Assembly (NCBI GenBank): GCA_004764695.1
Contig: SMSO01000031.1
Coordinates: forward strand, 2,704,436 to 2,768,435
DNA from: Schizochytrium sp. TIO01
Taxonomy: Eukaryota; Protista; Bigyra: Labyrinthulomycetes
Reading direction: 5' to 3'
DNA: 64,000 bases
Below are positions 1-11,800 of the stretch, in pieces. The notes beneath the pieces are model-generated. The model worked only from the letters and a program-made list of their open reading frames with translations, had not been told where the DNA came from and ran no database searches. Numbering within the stretch: the first letter of the stretch is position 1; every line of letters begins with the position of its first letter. The position numbers were made by a program, and so were the translations under genes.

Positions 1-23
1 ACGGTTTAGAGAATACTGAAAGC

Positions 24-344
24 ATGGAGCGCCCAGACATTGAACTTCTTCGGCGTCAGAGCACAGTGTCCGAAGATGAGCTGGAGGCTCTCCTTCGTGA
101 CCAAAATATGGGTGAACCTGAGGAAAGCGAAAGCGAAAGTGATGACGATGATGTGGATTCAGGAGTAGAGTCTTTTCAGCCTAGGCATGGATTCCCTCTT
201 AAACTAATGCTACTCCTACGCGTCCTGGTCTGGCATCCAGCAATTTTTGATCGCTCCAACCAGAAGGCTACAACTATGGATAAGCGACACATTGAACTAC
301 TTGCGAGACGCGGTTCCGTGCGTATTAGTCTTATCATGAATTAA
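24..344 (+). CDS. Short acidic hypothetical protein, probably spliced or incomplete at the window edge
   Basis: ATG at 24; protein-like acidic stretch (ESESESDDDD); two similar IELL-RRxS motifs; a possible GTGCGT donor near 318 suggests the 3' end is spliced. Confidence 0.4.
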   Translation: MERPDIELLRRQSTVSEDELEALLRDQNMGEPEESESESDDDDVDSGVESFQPRHGFPLKLMLLLRVLVWHPAIFDRSNQKATTMDKRHIELLARRGSVRISLIMN

Positions 345-704
345 AACAGTTTTTCAACTGAAAATAGAGGTTACCTCCGAAAGAAAATCTGCCACGTGCT
401 ACTTGTTTACTTTGTTATGATTGATAATATTACTGCTGATGCTTAAAAGTCACTTCAAAAATGAAACACGCATTCATAATGGAAAATAGGTTAACAGGAG
501 CTAGCTCATAGGGAAAAACTAGCAACGAGCTTAATGGCATATCTATACTTGTAATATATACATATTTTTAAAAGTTGCTGAAGACAGCTATCTTTGACAG
601 GTTCAGTGATGTTGTTGCAGGGGTGGAATCATTTTTTATCACAATGTAGAGAAACCTAAGGAGGAAATAGTAAGTGAATTATACAAGACTTTTCCACGAC
701 TTTG

Positions 705-1163
705 CTAAAGTAGGAGGATCTCTGTTACGAAGCTCTCGATGTGGACATGCCCCTGAGCATTGCGTACAAGCTTTCCTTTTTTTATGGTCTCCATCATATC
801 TTGAATATCTTGGCATTCGCCAGTGTTACCAAACTTTTGCAGTGCACTGCGGAGGGCATCGGGAGCAATATAATCACTATCAATACCGCGCAATAAATTT
901 AATTCACGAAGCGTAGATACCACAGTGGCTCGCGCATCACCAACAATAGTCCTGGCTTGCTTTAATACCATTATGAAATCATCTACCGACATGTTTGCGT
1001 TGCAAAAGGATGGACCATTTTGCTTGAGCACACTAGCAGATTCATCCTCAGTGAGAGGCAAGCCACATTCGCGAAGCATTCTAGTGGCTGATTTCGCAGG
1101 AACTTGCGATCCTCCCTTGGCATGGCTCGTGAATACTCTACGCGCAATCATTTCATCGTCCAT
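705..1163 (-). CDS. Degenerate calmodulin/myosin-light-chain-like EF-hand protein (~152 aa)
   Basis: From ATG 1163 (MDDEMIARRVF): four-EF-hand spacing with CaM-like motifs (RMLRECGLPLTEDE, MSVDDFI, YIAPDALRSALQKFG, GHVHIESFV). The Ca-liganding loops are largely lost. Confidence 0.7.
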   Translation of the reverse strand: MDDEMIARRVFTSHAKGGSQVPAKSATRMLRECGLPLTEDESASVLKQNGPSFCNANMSVDDFIMVLKQARTIVGDARATVVSTLRELNLLRGIDSDYIAPDALRSALQKFGNTGECQDIQDMMETIKKGKLVRNAQGHVHIESFVTEILLL

Positions 1164-1461
1164 CTTACTTACCAGAAGAAACTTCAATTGCCCCTGAGAA
1201 CCTTCTGCGCAACTTCAACCTAAATATGCTTGGTAAGATCTCAAATTATGCTCACAATGAAGATTCATTGAGGGTTTGAAATACAGGCGTCCTTCTCCTT
1301 GTTGTTGTTATTGTGAATTCCCCTTTACTCCCCATTCTCTTTTTAAAAAAACATAAAACATAAAACAAAGACCCTATAATTCAGGTTTGAACGGATCTGA
1401 GGTGTTCTATTATTTGTTCTGTTGTGTTCCAAAGTAAGATACGAAATAAAGTACTATAGGC

Positions 1462-2160
1462 TTAAGAGTCACTCATGGAGACATCTCCGTTGATAGTTCC
1501 ATTTGCAATGGGCTCTTGGCTATTCATAGCTGCACTGGGCAATGGCTCTTTAAGGAAATTTAGAGTCTGGGCAAGATGGGTACGAGCAAAGTCAAGTTTT
1601 TCTTGAGCAATCGCAGCATCCTTCTTTTTGCCGTATGAACTCCTCTCAAAGGGAACATATTTAACCAGGTTTGGAATTTCACGGCTCAAACGATCATGCA
1701 ATTCGTCCAGAGTGGTAAGAAGGTTATCTCCAGTTTTCCCAAGAAGCGCAGTGTTCACACGCTGACCAAGGCTTCGACTCTCAATATGTTCTACAGCAGA
1801 TTCTGTGTGTTCAATTACTGTGTATAACAACGCTTCGGCAGCTTCAAGGTTTTTTAATGTAGCCTCTACCTCTTCAGCAGACTCTCGAGCGCCTGGTGCA
1901 GAGGCTCGCAGGCCGCTGCTCCCATTCGCCACAAGCTTAGAGGCTGAGTTTGGAGACACCGCTCCACTTGTAGACGGGCTTGAGGTATTGGCATTTGCTG
2001 TAATGGGTCCTCCATTCGCAGCACCACCGGGCCCATTCTGCACACCAGGAGCTCCAGAAGGAGATAAAGCAGGGTTCGGGGTAGAGTTTCCATTGCTCAT
2101 GTTCATGTTATTGCTTGCATTAGGCATACTAGCAGGGTCTCGGGTTGGTGGCATCGACAT
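1462..2160 (-). CDS. MED11: Mediator complex subunit 11-like with a low-complexity N-terminal extension
   Basis: C-terminal helical region LTTLDELHDRLSREIPNLVKYVPFERSSYGKKKDAAIAQEKLDF resembles plant MED11 (IQVTLREEIKSACEYRPFEKCDY...KLEY, recalled from memory). Confidence 0.75.
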   Translation of the reverse strand: MSMPPTRDPASMPNASNNMNMSNGNSTPNPALSPSGAPGVQNGPGGAANGGPITANANTSSPSTSGAVSPNSASKLVANGSSGLRASAPGARESAEEVEATLKNLEAAEALLYTVIEHTESAVEHIESRSLGQRVNTALLGKTGDNLLTTLDELHDRLSREIPNLVKYVPFERSSYGKKKDAAIAQEKLDFARTHLAQTLNFLKEPLPSAAMNSQEPIANGTINGDVSMSDS

Positions 2161-4262
2161 GATTTTTTGCGCTGCTAGCTCACCAGACTAAAGTGAAGCA
2201 GTTGAATGGAAACCTTGATCAAGTTTAATACTTATTTAATTGCAGAGGTCTTGTGTTGACCCCGCGCAAAGGCTCCCTGGCGAGCTAAGTTCGCGTTCAC
2301 CAAGCCTTCAAACGCAACAACTGTATCCTGCCGAGTGGATGGATTGCTGGGCTTCGTCACAGAAACTATGAACCCAGAAGCTTCTAGTGACAGGGGTATC
2401 TTTCACCCTCAGTCAAGAAACCTTGCAGGAGCGCCTCTACGCGCGACAAAGGTGGCGCTGCACTGCTATTGAGAGCAGAAAAGATGAGATTGATAGTTGT
2501 TGTCTTCTTTCTTTTCTCTCGTTCTAGGCTCTGTCACGGCCGCATCGCTACAGGTTGTTCTTTCGTTCTTTGACTGTTCTAACATCACCTGTCTTTTCTA
2601 ATAACCACATAGAAGCCTACTTTTAATCTGCTATTTGGCTGGCTTAGATTTCTCTTGAAGCAACCAACATTGTAAACCAGGTCTCATGCTTCAGAATTTT
2701 ACGATAGAGATGATAATGATTATGGTGTCACCAGTTTTTTATTTAATCTGGCGACACTGGTTCTGATAGCTTGAGCTCTGACAAACATAGAAAGCAAGAC
2801 CCATATCTTGTGATATGAATATTGGAGTTTCTCAAAGCCGTTCTGCAGCATAAACTTTGCCTGGAAATGGAAGACCTTTCGCAGCTCTTTGGTAGTCTAA
2901 AGTGATCATACATGTGACTGACGCGAGGAGACACTACATTATATGCATGGAGCCGTAGGAGAAAAGCAGCCCAGAGGTAGGTAGGTCAGGTCCCTATTGT
3001 AGCTGCAATCATTGGCAACTTATGGAAGACCAACTGAAGATCTGCAGTTAAAAGCAATTGATTTGATTATTTCAATAATGGAAATGATAAAAAGGCTGAA
3101 TGAGTCAAGCCAAGCAGTTCTGATTTTACATAAGCGAGCCAGCCATTTTCTGAGATCCAAGAAATCCTACCTATTACGTGCTGTAACAATAAATTGGTCA
3201 TTAACTAATTCTAAAAATTATCAATCCAAACAAACCAAGTTTGGGTATTTGTAAGCAACAAAATTTCTTCACAAGCAATCGTGCCGATCGAGTGGTCACT
3301 CGCTCGCTCATCAAACTCTTTTGACTGTTGCTTTACGTCTCATTATTTAATCAGCTAGCTACTATCTACAGCTACTGTTATTACTGGCACACGCCACGGA
3401 AATATCATATTAAACTCGTATCAGTCGTTCTCTACAGCTAACTTCTCCTTTATTTTCCTTCTTTACACAGGCCCGCACGTGAGATAAACAGACAGCCGGA
3501 CCAACGAGTCATCCAAATATTGAACACCACGGTATTCACTAATAGCGACCCTGCGTATTACCTTCAGACGCTGCAATGGAGTTATATTAGCTCCTACCTG
3601 GTTCACAGACGTAGCTCCAGCGTAATGAGTGATTGTTTTTATCTTTTATTTTAAAATCTAATTTTAATTACTCTCCAGCCCTAGTAAACATTATGCTACA
3701 TATTCATCTCGACATCTTTCATTTTGGTGCTTAGAAAGTACCTAACTACTATACTCTAGCTTGCGTTTAAAGTTTTCGCCTTTATCCACCTCTTCTGTTA
3801 CTACAAGTATCATTATCACTATTATATGACCACGACTATTACGTACAGGAATAGTACTTACCTACCCGCTAGATTCAGATACTTCGTTGGCTACTTAAAG
3901 CAACCGACTACTATGGTTAAGCTTGAGAGGCACATAGGCGCTTCGATAACCAGCTAGGTAGTTAGTTACACGGCGTCCATAGCCATAGCTAGTATAAACA
4001 TTAGGAGGTAATTTGTGAAGTGCGCATGGGATGCTTCCCGCTGCGAGTAGTATAGTACCTCGCTAGCCTCGACTACTTGCTGCTGCCTCTTTCTCCGACG
4101 CGGTTAATGATCTAGCATCGATTTATGTCAAGCTACTGACATTGACTTATTGTGCTGGTTGAGTGATGGGTGGGTGGATCTTTGTTTCGTTTCCTCCCTC
4201 CGTTTCGTGTCACGAGAGGTGTGGTTTAGTCTATACTACGATATCATCGATTTTGTCTTTAG

Positions 4263-4287
4263 ACAAACAAACAAACAAACAAACAAA
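4263..4287. repeat. (ACAA)n microsatellite
   Basis: About six ACAA units; related tracts at ~6946-6967, ~18544-18560 and ~19214-19237. Confidence 0.9.
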
Positions 4288-5531
4288 TCAATGAAATAAA
4301 TAATATTAATAAAATTAATAAAAAATAACACTCAGTCTGAGTATAAGTACCGTCATCAACGTGTCATCGACATGTCTACAAGTTGAGTCTGCAACGGACT
4401 TTGGTGCTTGTGAATAAAGAAAGAAGCAAAGGCGCAGCGCGGCGTTTCGATACTCGCAATAAAGACTTTCTCTAGTCCAGAGGAGGTATAGCAAGTTGAG
4501 AAAAGCTCGAAAGTAGGCGATTTATGATAGTAACTATAGAGATCGCAGAGAAAGAAACTAAGAAACCAAGAAACTATTGAAGAAGCCATTCAGCAGTGCT
4601 ACTACTAAGTGTAATGAATGATACCCTCTTAGAGCCGACTACTCGTACAACTCTGAAACGAGATCGTCATCCTCGAAGCAGTTGAGGCCATCCGGATACG
4701 CTCGCTCGCTAAATGGATATTGCGTAGGTTAGGACGTAGCTTGCGTTTTTACCCAGACTGTTGAACGCTTCCGCTTCAAGTTCTCTGATTGGTTCTTCCT
4801 TCGTTTGTTCGTGACCAGAGCAGCCTTTTCTTTCTTTTTTCTTATCTGTTTCCTCTTTCTCTCTCTTTGTTTCTGCTGTTTCCAGTCAATCCCATAATAT
4901 CCTCGCTTCATCTCAATCTAAGAAAAACACCAAATAAAAATTTACTATAATTGAGACTAGGTCTTACTACCTGGGACCTTAAAGTAGCTACTTAGCTATC
5001 TGACTTAACCTTAGCCTAGCAGAAACAGCAGACTCTCGCTTCGCTCGCTCATTCATTCATTGACCCGTAAATAGGGCTTAACAATGAATAATTACCTATT
5101 AGGCCTCCAAACAATCCGAATCAAACTATTGTAATTAAGTTAACTGAGAAGCACGGCGTGCATATAAACATAAACTAAGAAAGGTATGTTTGTCTATGAG
5201 TGAACCTGCTCCGTGAACAAGTAGGATCATAAGACGCCGCCAACCTACCGCTACCCACCCTTAGGAGGGAGATAAGCAACATCAATCGATCAGTCGTCAG
5301 TAATTATTTGGTGTTTATGTAGTAAACCCTTTTTTTTTTTTCTTTTGCCTTAGCATTTACTAGACGTCTTTCTTTCTTTCGTTTATATTCTTTTTAGTTT
5401 CTCTCTCGTCATTCACATATTGCAAAGAGTCCTGGCTCCAGCCGCCGTGCGCTGCCGCGGCAGAGCCCACTTGTTGAACAGCACCCAAAGAAGCACCAGC
5501 GGCACTTGCAGCAGCAGCTTGTCCCGCCTCC

Positions 5532-6830
5532 ATGGATTCCAAGGCCGAACCCCGCGGCCTTCACGGCGAAGACGCCGTCAATGCGCTGCACGATGACGCG
5601 GAAGGCGGTCAAGACGGCCTCGAAAGCGGTGCATTTGACGCGAAGAGTGCCAAACCTAGCGCCGAGAGCGACAAACTTCGCGTAGATTTCCACACGCACA
5701 TCCTGCCGAAATCTTGGCCGGATCCCTCTCGGCGCTACGGCTACTGCGGATTTTTCAACATTGACCACGACCAGCAGGAAGTCGAGGTTCCGGGAAATGC
5801 GCGGCTTTTACGAGATTCCGAGCCTTATTTAGAGCTCGGGCCAAACTGCTGGGATGTGGACGCTCGTCTCGTGGACATGAACGCTGCTGGCATCGATGTT
5901 CAAGTCTTGAGCACAATTCCAGAAATGTTTTCTTACTGGGCGAAGGCGGATGACGCCGCTGATCTTGCTCGAATTCTCAACAATGACATGGCGGAGCAGG
6001 TCCGCAAGCACCCGCAAAGGTTTGTGGGACTCGGCACGGTTCCGCTTCAGGCACCAGAGCTTGCTATCGCAGAGCTTTCACGGTGTATGGAGGATCTTAA
6101 GTTTGCCGGTGTTATCGTTGGCACACATGTGAACGACTGGAACCTTGATGCACAAGAGCTTATCCCATTTTGGGAGGCCGCAGAAGAGCTCGGCGCTGTG
6201 ATCTTTATTCATCCAAACAACATGGAGACCAAGAGGGCCAAGGACGATCTTTTGGTGCCTCGTATTGTCGGCATGCCTGCAGAAATGTGCCATTCTGTAA
6301 CATGCTTCCTCACTGGCGGTCTGTTGGAGCAGTTTCCCAATCTTAAAGTATGCTTTGCAAATGGCGCTGGAACCTTTCCTTACGTGCGGGGCCAAATCGA
6401 ACAGGAGCTCTCTTGCTCTAGCAGTGACGTTCTTCTCGATGCAGCCGCGCGCATGGCATGTATGCTCGAACCAAGCCGCTTTGCCGTGGACTCCATCGTA
6501 CACAGCCGAGATGCTACTGAGTTCCTGTTTAAGACAATGTCCTCAGAATCCGTTGTCTTTGGCTCAGATTATCCGTCGCCTTTAGGTGGCTTGACGAGTC
6601 GCCGCTCCAACGACAAATACCCTATTGACCCGCTCACTGCCTACGATTACCTGGAACAGGCTATGCTTGTGGCTATGCTTTGCGACAACCCTGCAAATAT
6701 TCTTCAAGGTGCTCTCCCCACACAAGTCACGTCTGAATCGGATGACACTGCCGATTTCTCGTCTACCACTGACGCTTTGGAAGCACCGTCTGCACCGGGA
6801 CCCGTCGATACTGTAACTACTGAGCCATGA
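5532..6830 (+). CDS. Amidohydrolase_2 family, ACMSD-like protein with an altered active site
   Basis: VDFHTHILP, DVQVLSTIPEMFSYW, RFVGLGTVPLQAPELAIAEL, IFIHP, VGMPAE, LKVCFA and FGSDYP match the 2-amino-3-carboxymuconate-6-semialdehyde decarboxylase family. Confidence 0.9.
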   Translation: MDSKAEPRGLHGEDAVNALHDDAEGGQDGLESGAFDAKSAKPSAESDKLRVDFHTHILPKSWPDPSRRYGYCGFFNIDHDQQEVEVPGNARLLRDSEPYLELGPNCWDVDARLVDMNAAGIDVQVLSTIPEMFSYWAKADDAADLARILNNDMAEQVRKHPQRFVGLGTVPLQAPELAIAELSRCMEDLKFAGVIVGTHVNDWNLDAQELIPFWEAAEELGAVIFIHPNNMETKRAKDDLLVPRIVGMPAEMCHSVTCFLTGGLLEQFPNLKVCFANGAGTFPYVRGQIEQELSCSSSDVLLDAAARMACMLEPSRFAVDSIVHSRDATEFLFKTMSSESVVFGSDYPSPLGGLTSRRSNDKYPIDPLTAYDYLEQAMLVAMLCDNPANILQGALPTQVTSESDDTADFSSTTDALEAPSAPGPVDTVTTEP

Positions 6831-7591
6831 TTTTCGATTGATTTTGTCTATTGCAGCAAATACAACTACATATACAAAAACAGCAATGTCAACACAATCA
6901 CCAGGTAAAACAATCCAATCTCGTTCGAAGCAATGAGGAGAAAGCAAACAAACAAACAAACAAACAAAAAACGTACTTGATCATTGTTTACCAGGCAAGT
7001 CCAGTGCTAGGAGCCTAGATGGCAGCAGAAAACACCCCAAAAGCTCTTGCTGCGGGGTGATACGTCATCGTCTCCTTCTCCTTCTGTATTTTCCTACTTC
7101 CTCTTGTTCTGCAAAATGCAACACTAGTTCCGGCCAAAGTTTTATCGTCAAGAAGAAGGAAAACCAACAACCTTTTGAGCTTGCGCTTTCCAGGAGGAAA
7201 TTAGGCGAAATTGTATGTCAAAGGAGAGCCTGTTTCTGGAGAAGGAGCTAGCACTCCTACAACCTATATCACTGGATCGCTTCGCTTGGGACGAATGAAT
7301 AATCATCTATATTTTTTTCTTTTCCTAATATGCATGAAGTCATCTTGTTGTCAAATGGCAACAAACTAGAATGTGTTGAAGGCTGTGACACTGACAGAGC
7401 TCACGAGTGAGAGGTCAATGCTCTCAGGAAATGAAAACAGGCACATCCGGTGCTTCATGATCGAGGAATGTATAGGGAGAGAGCCCAACCTCAAATATAT
7501 GACAACTTCAACTGTATTACAAAATCCTTTTCATTAAAAGCTTGGCCTAGACAGGCATTTTGTCTCTAGCTAGACGCTCTAAAGAAAAAGT

Positions 7592-8176
7592 TTAGATAGA
7601 TAAAACGGAGGGTACGTGCGATGACCGGCTTAAAACAGCTAAACCAGGGATAAGGTCGAGCAATGCGCGGTCAAAAGGATTATTTTGCCAACTCTTAATT
7701 CCAATACAATTATTCGGGTTAAGCAAAGCACCGGTTTCACTGTCATCAATTATAACAATGCGGCTGAGGTCGTTTGTAATCACACGAAGATCTTTCAAAT
7801 GATACCCTCCGATCGTCTGACAATGCCGTCGGTAATATCGCTCAGCCAAGATTCCGCGTCCCCCATCGAGGTAATCAATAATAGGATCTGCGTAGCTACG
7901 ATCTCCGGCAGTGAACACTGCAAGGTCAAACCATTGCGAAGTTATGCGCAGAAACTCGCGCACGAAAGGACGAAGTGCAACGTTAATCTTAACGAATTGG
8001 TTTGAAAGAATTACAGTGAGTGGCACTACCTCCACGCCTCCCAGACGAACCAGTAGTGATGGCGGACCCACAAACGTATGCACCAATGTTTCATCAAGAT
8101 CTAAAACTAGTTTTACCCGTTCATGCCGAGGCACTATGCCCAGCAAGCTCCAGTTTGGCATGGGCGACATCTTCAT
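7592..8176 (-). CDS. FCP1/SCP (NIF) family HAD phosphatase, CTDSP/Dullard-like; true 5' end uncertain
   Basis: LVLDLDETLVH catalytic DxDxT motif, RPFVREFL, VFTAGDRSYADPIIDYL, YYRRHC, KDLRVITNDLSRIVIIDDS, DRALLDLIP. Confidence 0.9.
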   Translation of the reverse strand: MKMSPMPNWSLLGIVPRHERVKLVLDLDETLVHTFVGPPSLLVRLGGVEVVPLTVILSNQFVKINVALRPFVREFLRITSQWFDLAVFTAGDRSYADPIIDYLDGGRGILAERYYRRHCQTIGGYHLKDLRVITNDLSRIVIIDDSETGALLNPNNCIGIKSWQNNPFDRALLDLIPGLAVLSRSSHVPSVLSI

Positions 8177-8397
8177 TTAAACAATTATAGCCATCGTTAG
8201 TCTAATCTGCACTCCAGAATTATCCATTTCATCTCAGAAACCGTATATCAATTGGCACGAATGTAAAGAGTCCAAATAAACTACCTCTGTTGGGAGGTGG
8301 TGATAATTACGCAGTGGTTAATTCGGAGTGATAGTCCATTTATTAGGAATAGATGGAATTCACAGTTCTGCGTGCTTGATCTATAGCATTCCCCAAT

Positions 8398-8832
8398 CTA
8401 ACTCATCCTCATTATTCTACTTACTAGGTAGCTCGTTACCCCTCTAAAGATATCCTCCACAATGGTTTCATTTCGAATGTATATTGACATTTCTGATGCA
8501 GCATTCTTAAACATGGCCAGCCTGCCATGAGCGCTAGGATGTTCTTGCGCCATTCTCTGTGCTCGGCAAGCTTCCCACGATTGTCGCACACGCGTTAAAG
8601 CGGCCACCGCGTCACGAGCATCGCTGGATTGGCCTTCATCTTCGCCATCTCCAAGGAGTAGCCGCGGCCTGGTTCCAGAGATATCTGCTGAGCGTAAGTT
8701 TTCGCACAGTCTTGAGGACCTCGAGCTCGAGGACCTCGAGGTCGCTGCTAAGGCCGCTGCTGTAGCCGCCAATGCTGCCAGTGCCACAGCTGCGCTACTG
8801 GCCGCCACGTATGCGGCCATTGACAGCGACAT
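8398..8832 (-). CDS. Hypothetical ORF or exon with a hydrophobic Ala-rich N-terminus; possibly a 5' exon of the adjacent phosphatase
   Basis: GC-rich coding-like ORF starting MSLSMAAYVAASSAAVALAALAATAAALAA on the same strand, ~220 bp upstream of the phosphatase domain. The splice junction was not resolved. Confidence 0.4.
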   Translation of the reverse strand: MSLSMAAYVAASSAAVALAALAATAAALAATSRSSSSRSSRLCENLRSADISGTRPRLLLGDGEDEGQSSDARDAVAALTRVRQSWEACRAQRMAQEHPSAHGRLAMFKNAASEMSIYIRNETIVEDIFRGVTSYLVSRIMRMS

Positions 8833-11800
8833 CGAGGTTTCCACCCAGCTTGAGCAATTGAATTGATCTTCAATCTTGACAGAGTGAACGATCAATCATT
8901 CAATTGCAATTGAATTCAATTGATTCTGAGCGATCGATGAATTGATTGTGTGAATTACGTATACGTCTTAGGTACCAAGGGGTAGTGTTATTGTAGGAGT
9001 ACCTACTAGCACCTCTAAGGTTGCTGGGAAGAATGCGCGCGACGAATCACGAAATCAATTCATGCATCGCTACAGACTTTTCGTAAAAACCTAAAGTAGT
9101 ACTTAGCATGAAATAGAGATGCGTACTCTATAGGATACATTTGGCATCTTGCGTGTTTGATGACATCTGTTTTCTTCCCCCGCTAATGACTCAAGGCCGG
9201 AAGTGATTGTCTTTAATTAGATAAGTAGAGTCAAGAAAACTGTGTAAGCACACTAAAAAAAGAGAAAGCGGCCCGAGACCCAGCGCATGGACCAAGCCAA
9301 GCCACGGCTGAGTTCATTTGTTGAATCGCCTCTGTAAATGAACTATCGAGTTCGCTAAAGTGGGCAATATGCAAGCGAGCAAGGATAAATATATCCACAA
9401 GACAGAAAGAAAAGCATTTCTTTGAAAGCTGCTGCTTTCTGAGGTGGGGCCGTATGGTCATTGTGTACCGACACACCCTTGGGTTGCTATTGTCTACTTG
9501 TATAATGCTGGGCATCCATTTATAAAATTGATATAAAGGTTATGGCTAATGGAGCAGCTCGCAGACTCTCGAAAGGCATGCTTGCGAAACCACATGCCTT
9601 GATGCTTATCGGTGCAAACTAGCACACATATGTGGCGGCAAGAGCGATTTCTTATGAGAGAAACCTTGGGGACACTTATCTGCAAGGGAGAGTGTGTACC
9701 AAAGCCCTCCCTGTTCATTGAATGCTGGAGCATATTGTGTTCATGCAGGATATCCTAGACAACGGCGTCCAAAGTGAATATGCAGCCTCGTAATGCACCA
9801 TTCGCCCAACGCTCTCATTGCTGAGCTGGTGACTGAATTAGATACGTATAGAAGTCCGAATTGAAGTGTAGAACAGTAGATACAGCACTTGTATTATCAC
9901 ATTCACTTTTTCATATTACATGGTAGTGAGAGAGGACAAGAAAGAACCCTGGTAAATTTACCATGCATGTACCAACAAAACCTTTATTTAGACAAACAAA
10001 TTAGTCATTTGACAAAGATTGCCTACCAAGAGTTTTGTATAAATCCAGGACGATGGCTACTCAAGGTGCTCGGAGCAAGCGCTCATCAAAAGGTTTGTGT
10101 AATCTAGTACAATGACCCACTCCTTGAAGTGCACAAAGTAGCGTAGTTTAGAATTTCACGATTAAGCAAATCTACGAATCTATTAGATGACAGCAATGAA
10201 CAATTATTAAAACGGGGCCTAAATAATCTATGACTTGCGCATCGCTCTCTGTTCTAACGAGATCGCCAAGCAATCGGTACAAGCTGGTGCACAATGGAGC
10301 AAATGCTGATGATTTCTAATAGGTTTTTAGAAGCTACAATTCTGTGAAAGCGATCGTAGAAAACAATGAGAACGCAGAGTTGTTGCGTTAACTTCGAAGA
10401 AAGTCAAGCTTGGTCTCTGAGTTCATCATACGGTTACTTAAATGAAAATCAAATGTCTTTTAACAATTTTGAGATGATCAACAATCGGCGAACGCTCCGC
10501 ATCATTTATACAGAACTTTCCAGCAATTCGATTAAAAAAATAAACAAGTTTTACATGAAATATGTGATCACACGCAACAGCACTATGCACCATGTGTGCT
10601 AAGATAGCTTTCCAATAGTAAGAAAGGTTTCGATTGATGAAAGGAACATATTACAATCTTCTCAAAACCTTCTCTAGGAAAGTGTATTCAACTTAGTTGG
10701 CTATGTAAACTTTCACGGAATAAAGACCCTATCGCACCGAGATGCAGCATCGTCTAGGACATCGTGGCGCTTAGCCGTTGTGCTAACAGCAGGTACCTAC
10801 TCCTGCGCTTTTACTCTTCGACGAGACTCCTTTATTTCGCGAGGCTCTGATCCCTGGCCTGCTTGCCACATAAACGGCCATTCTTCGACTGGTACCGAGG
10901 CGGGCCTGGTCTCTCCCTTGCCAACCTTGAAAAGCAAGCCGAACTAAGGAGCGCGCGAGCCACTGGAATAGTTTTACTATGATGTTATGCAAGAGTCATG
11001 ATGCAAGGTGAGTCCGAGACCAAAGGTTTTTCCGTATCAGGTTTTACCTATACTCAAAGCATCTCTAGAGCAGCCTTCTGTAGATCTCGTCTTCTCAGGG
11101 ATCCGCAGAAGAAAGGTCGTACGGACGTGCGAGCCAGTCTCTGATCCTTTCCAAATATTCGCCGGGCAAGCACTCTTATCAGAGGCACTTCGCATATTCA
11201 AGTACCTGCCAGTGCGTGTGAACCTATCAACACGTGCGTGCGGTGGGTTACTGAGTAGGCAGGTAGTGTCATTTTGAGTCGACCTAATCGACTATCTGCT
11301 TTCTCATGTACCCACCTGCCTATGACTTCAAGTAGAACTGAAGACTGTTTAGGGCCAGTCAACGCTTTGGTTACTATGCCTAAGATCATCGTCGAAAATT
11401 AACCGAGTGTGCTGCTGCTCCATTTGTGTTGAAAAGGGGCCATTTCGATCGTGAAACTTCCTCGAACGCGCAGGATTATTTCTCTAGAGTCACAACACAT
11501 GCCTAAACTTTTGGATGCGGCAGTGTTCCGCGAAGGAAGACGCCGCGGTCTTTTGCCTGAGGGTACCGATACCTAGGTACATAGGAAGAAGGAGTTTAAA
11601 GGGATGACATTTGGCACTGCCTACGAGGAAGTTGACAAAAGACCGTGCATGGAACTTACCATCTTACGCGAGGAAGTTCACAAGCGCATGAGCTTTCCAA
11701 AATAATCACGTCCTTATGCTAATGCTGTTACTCAAAGCTGCCGAAAATTACCTAGGTCCCCCTACAAAGGAATGAGGAGCAGGTGACCTTGGCCACAAGA

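Noticed and set aside
2200-5500. 3.3-kb gene-free region as a possible ncRNA or mobile element
   Set aside because: Only microsatellites and short non-coding-like ORFs; no tRNA/rRNA motifs or terminal repeats recognised.
9231-10110. Short minus-strand ORF fragments (e.g. GGLWYTLSLADKCPQG, NGCPALYK) as a possible multi-exon gene or pseudogene
   Set aside because: No consistent spliced frame or recognisable family could be assembled; needs RNA-seq or tBLASTx.
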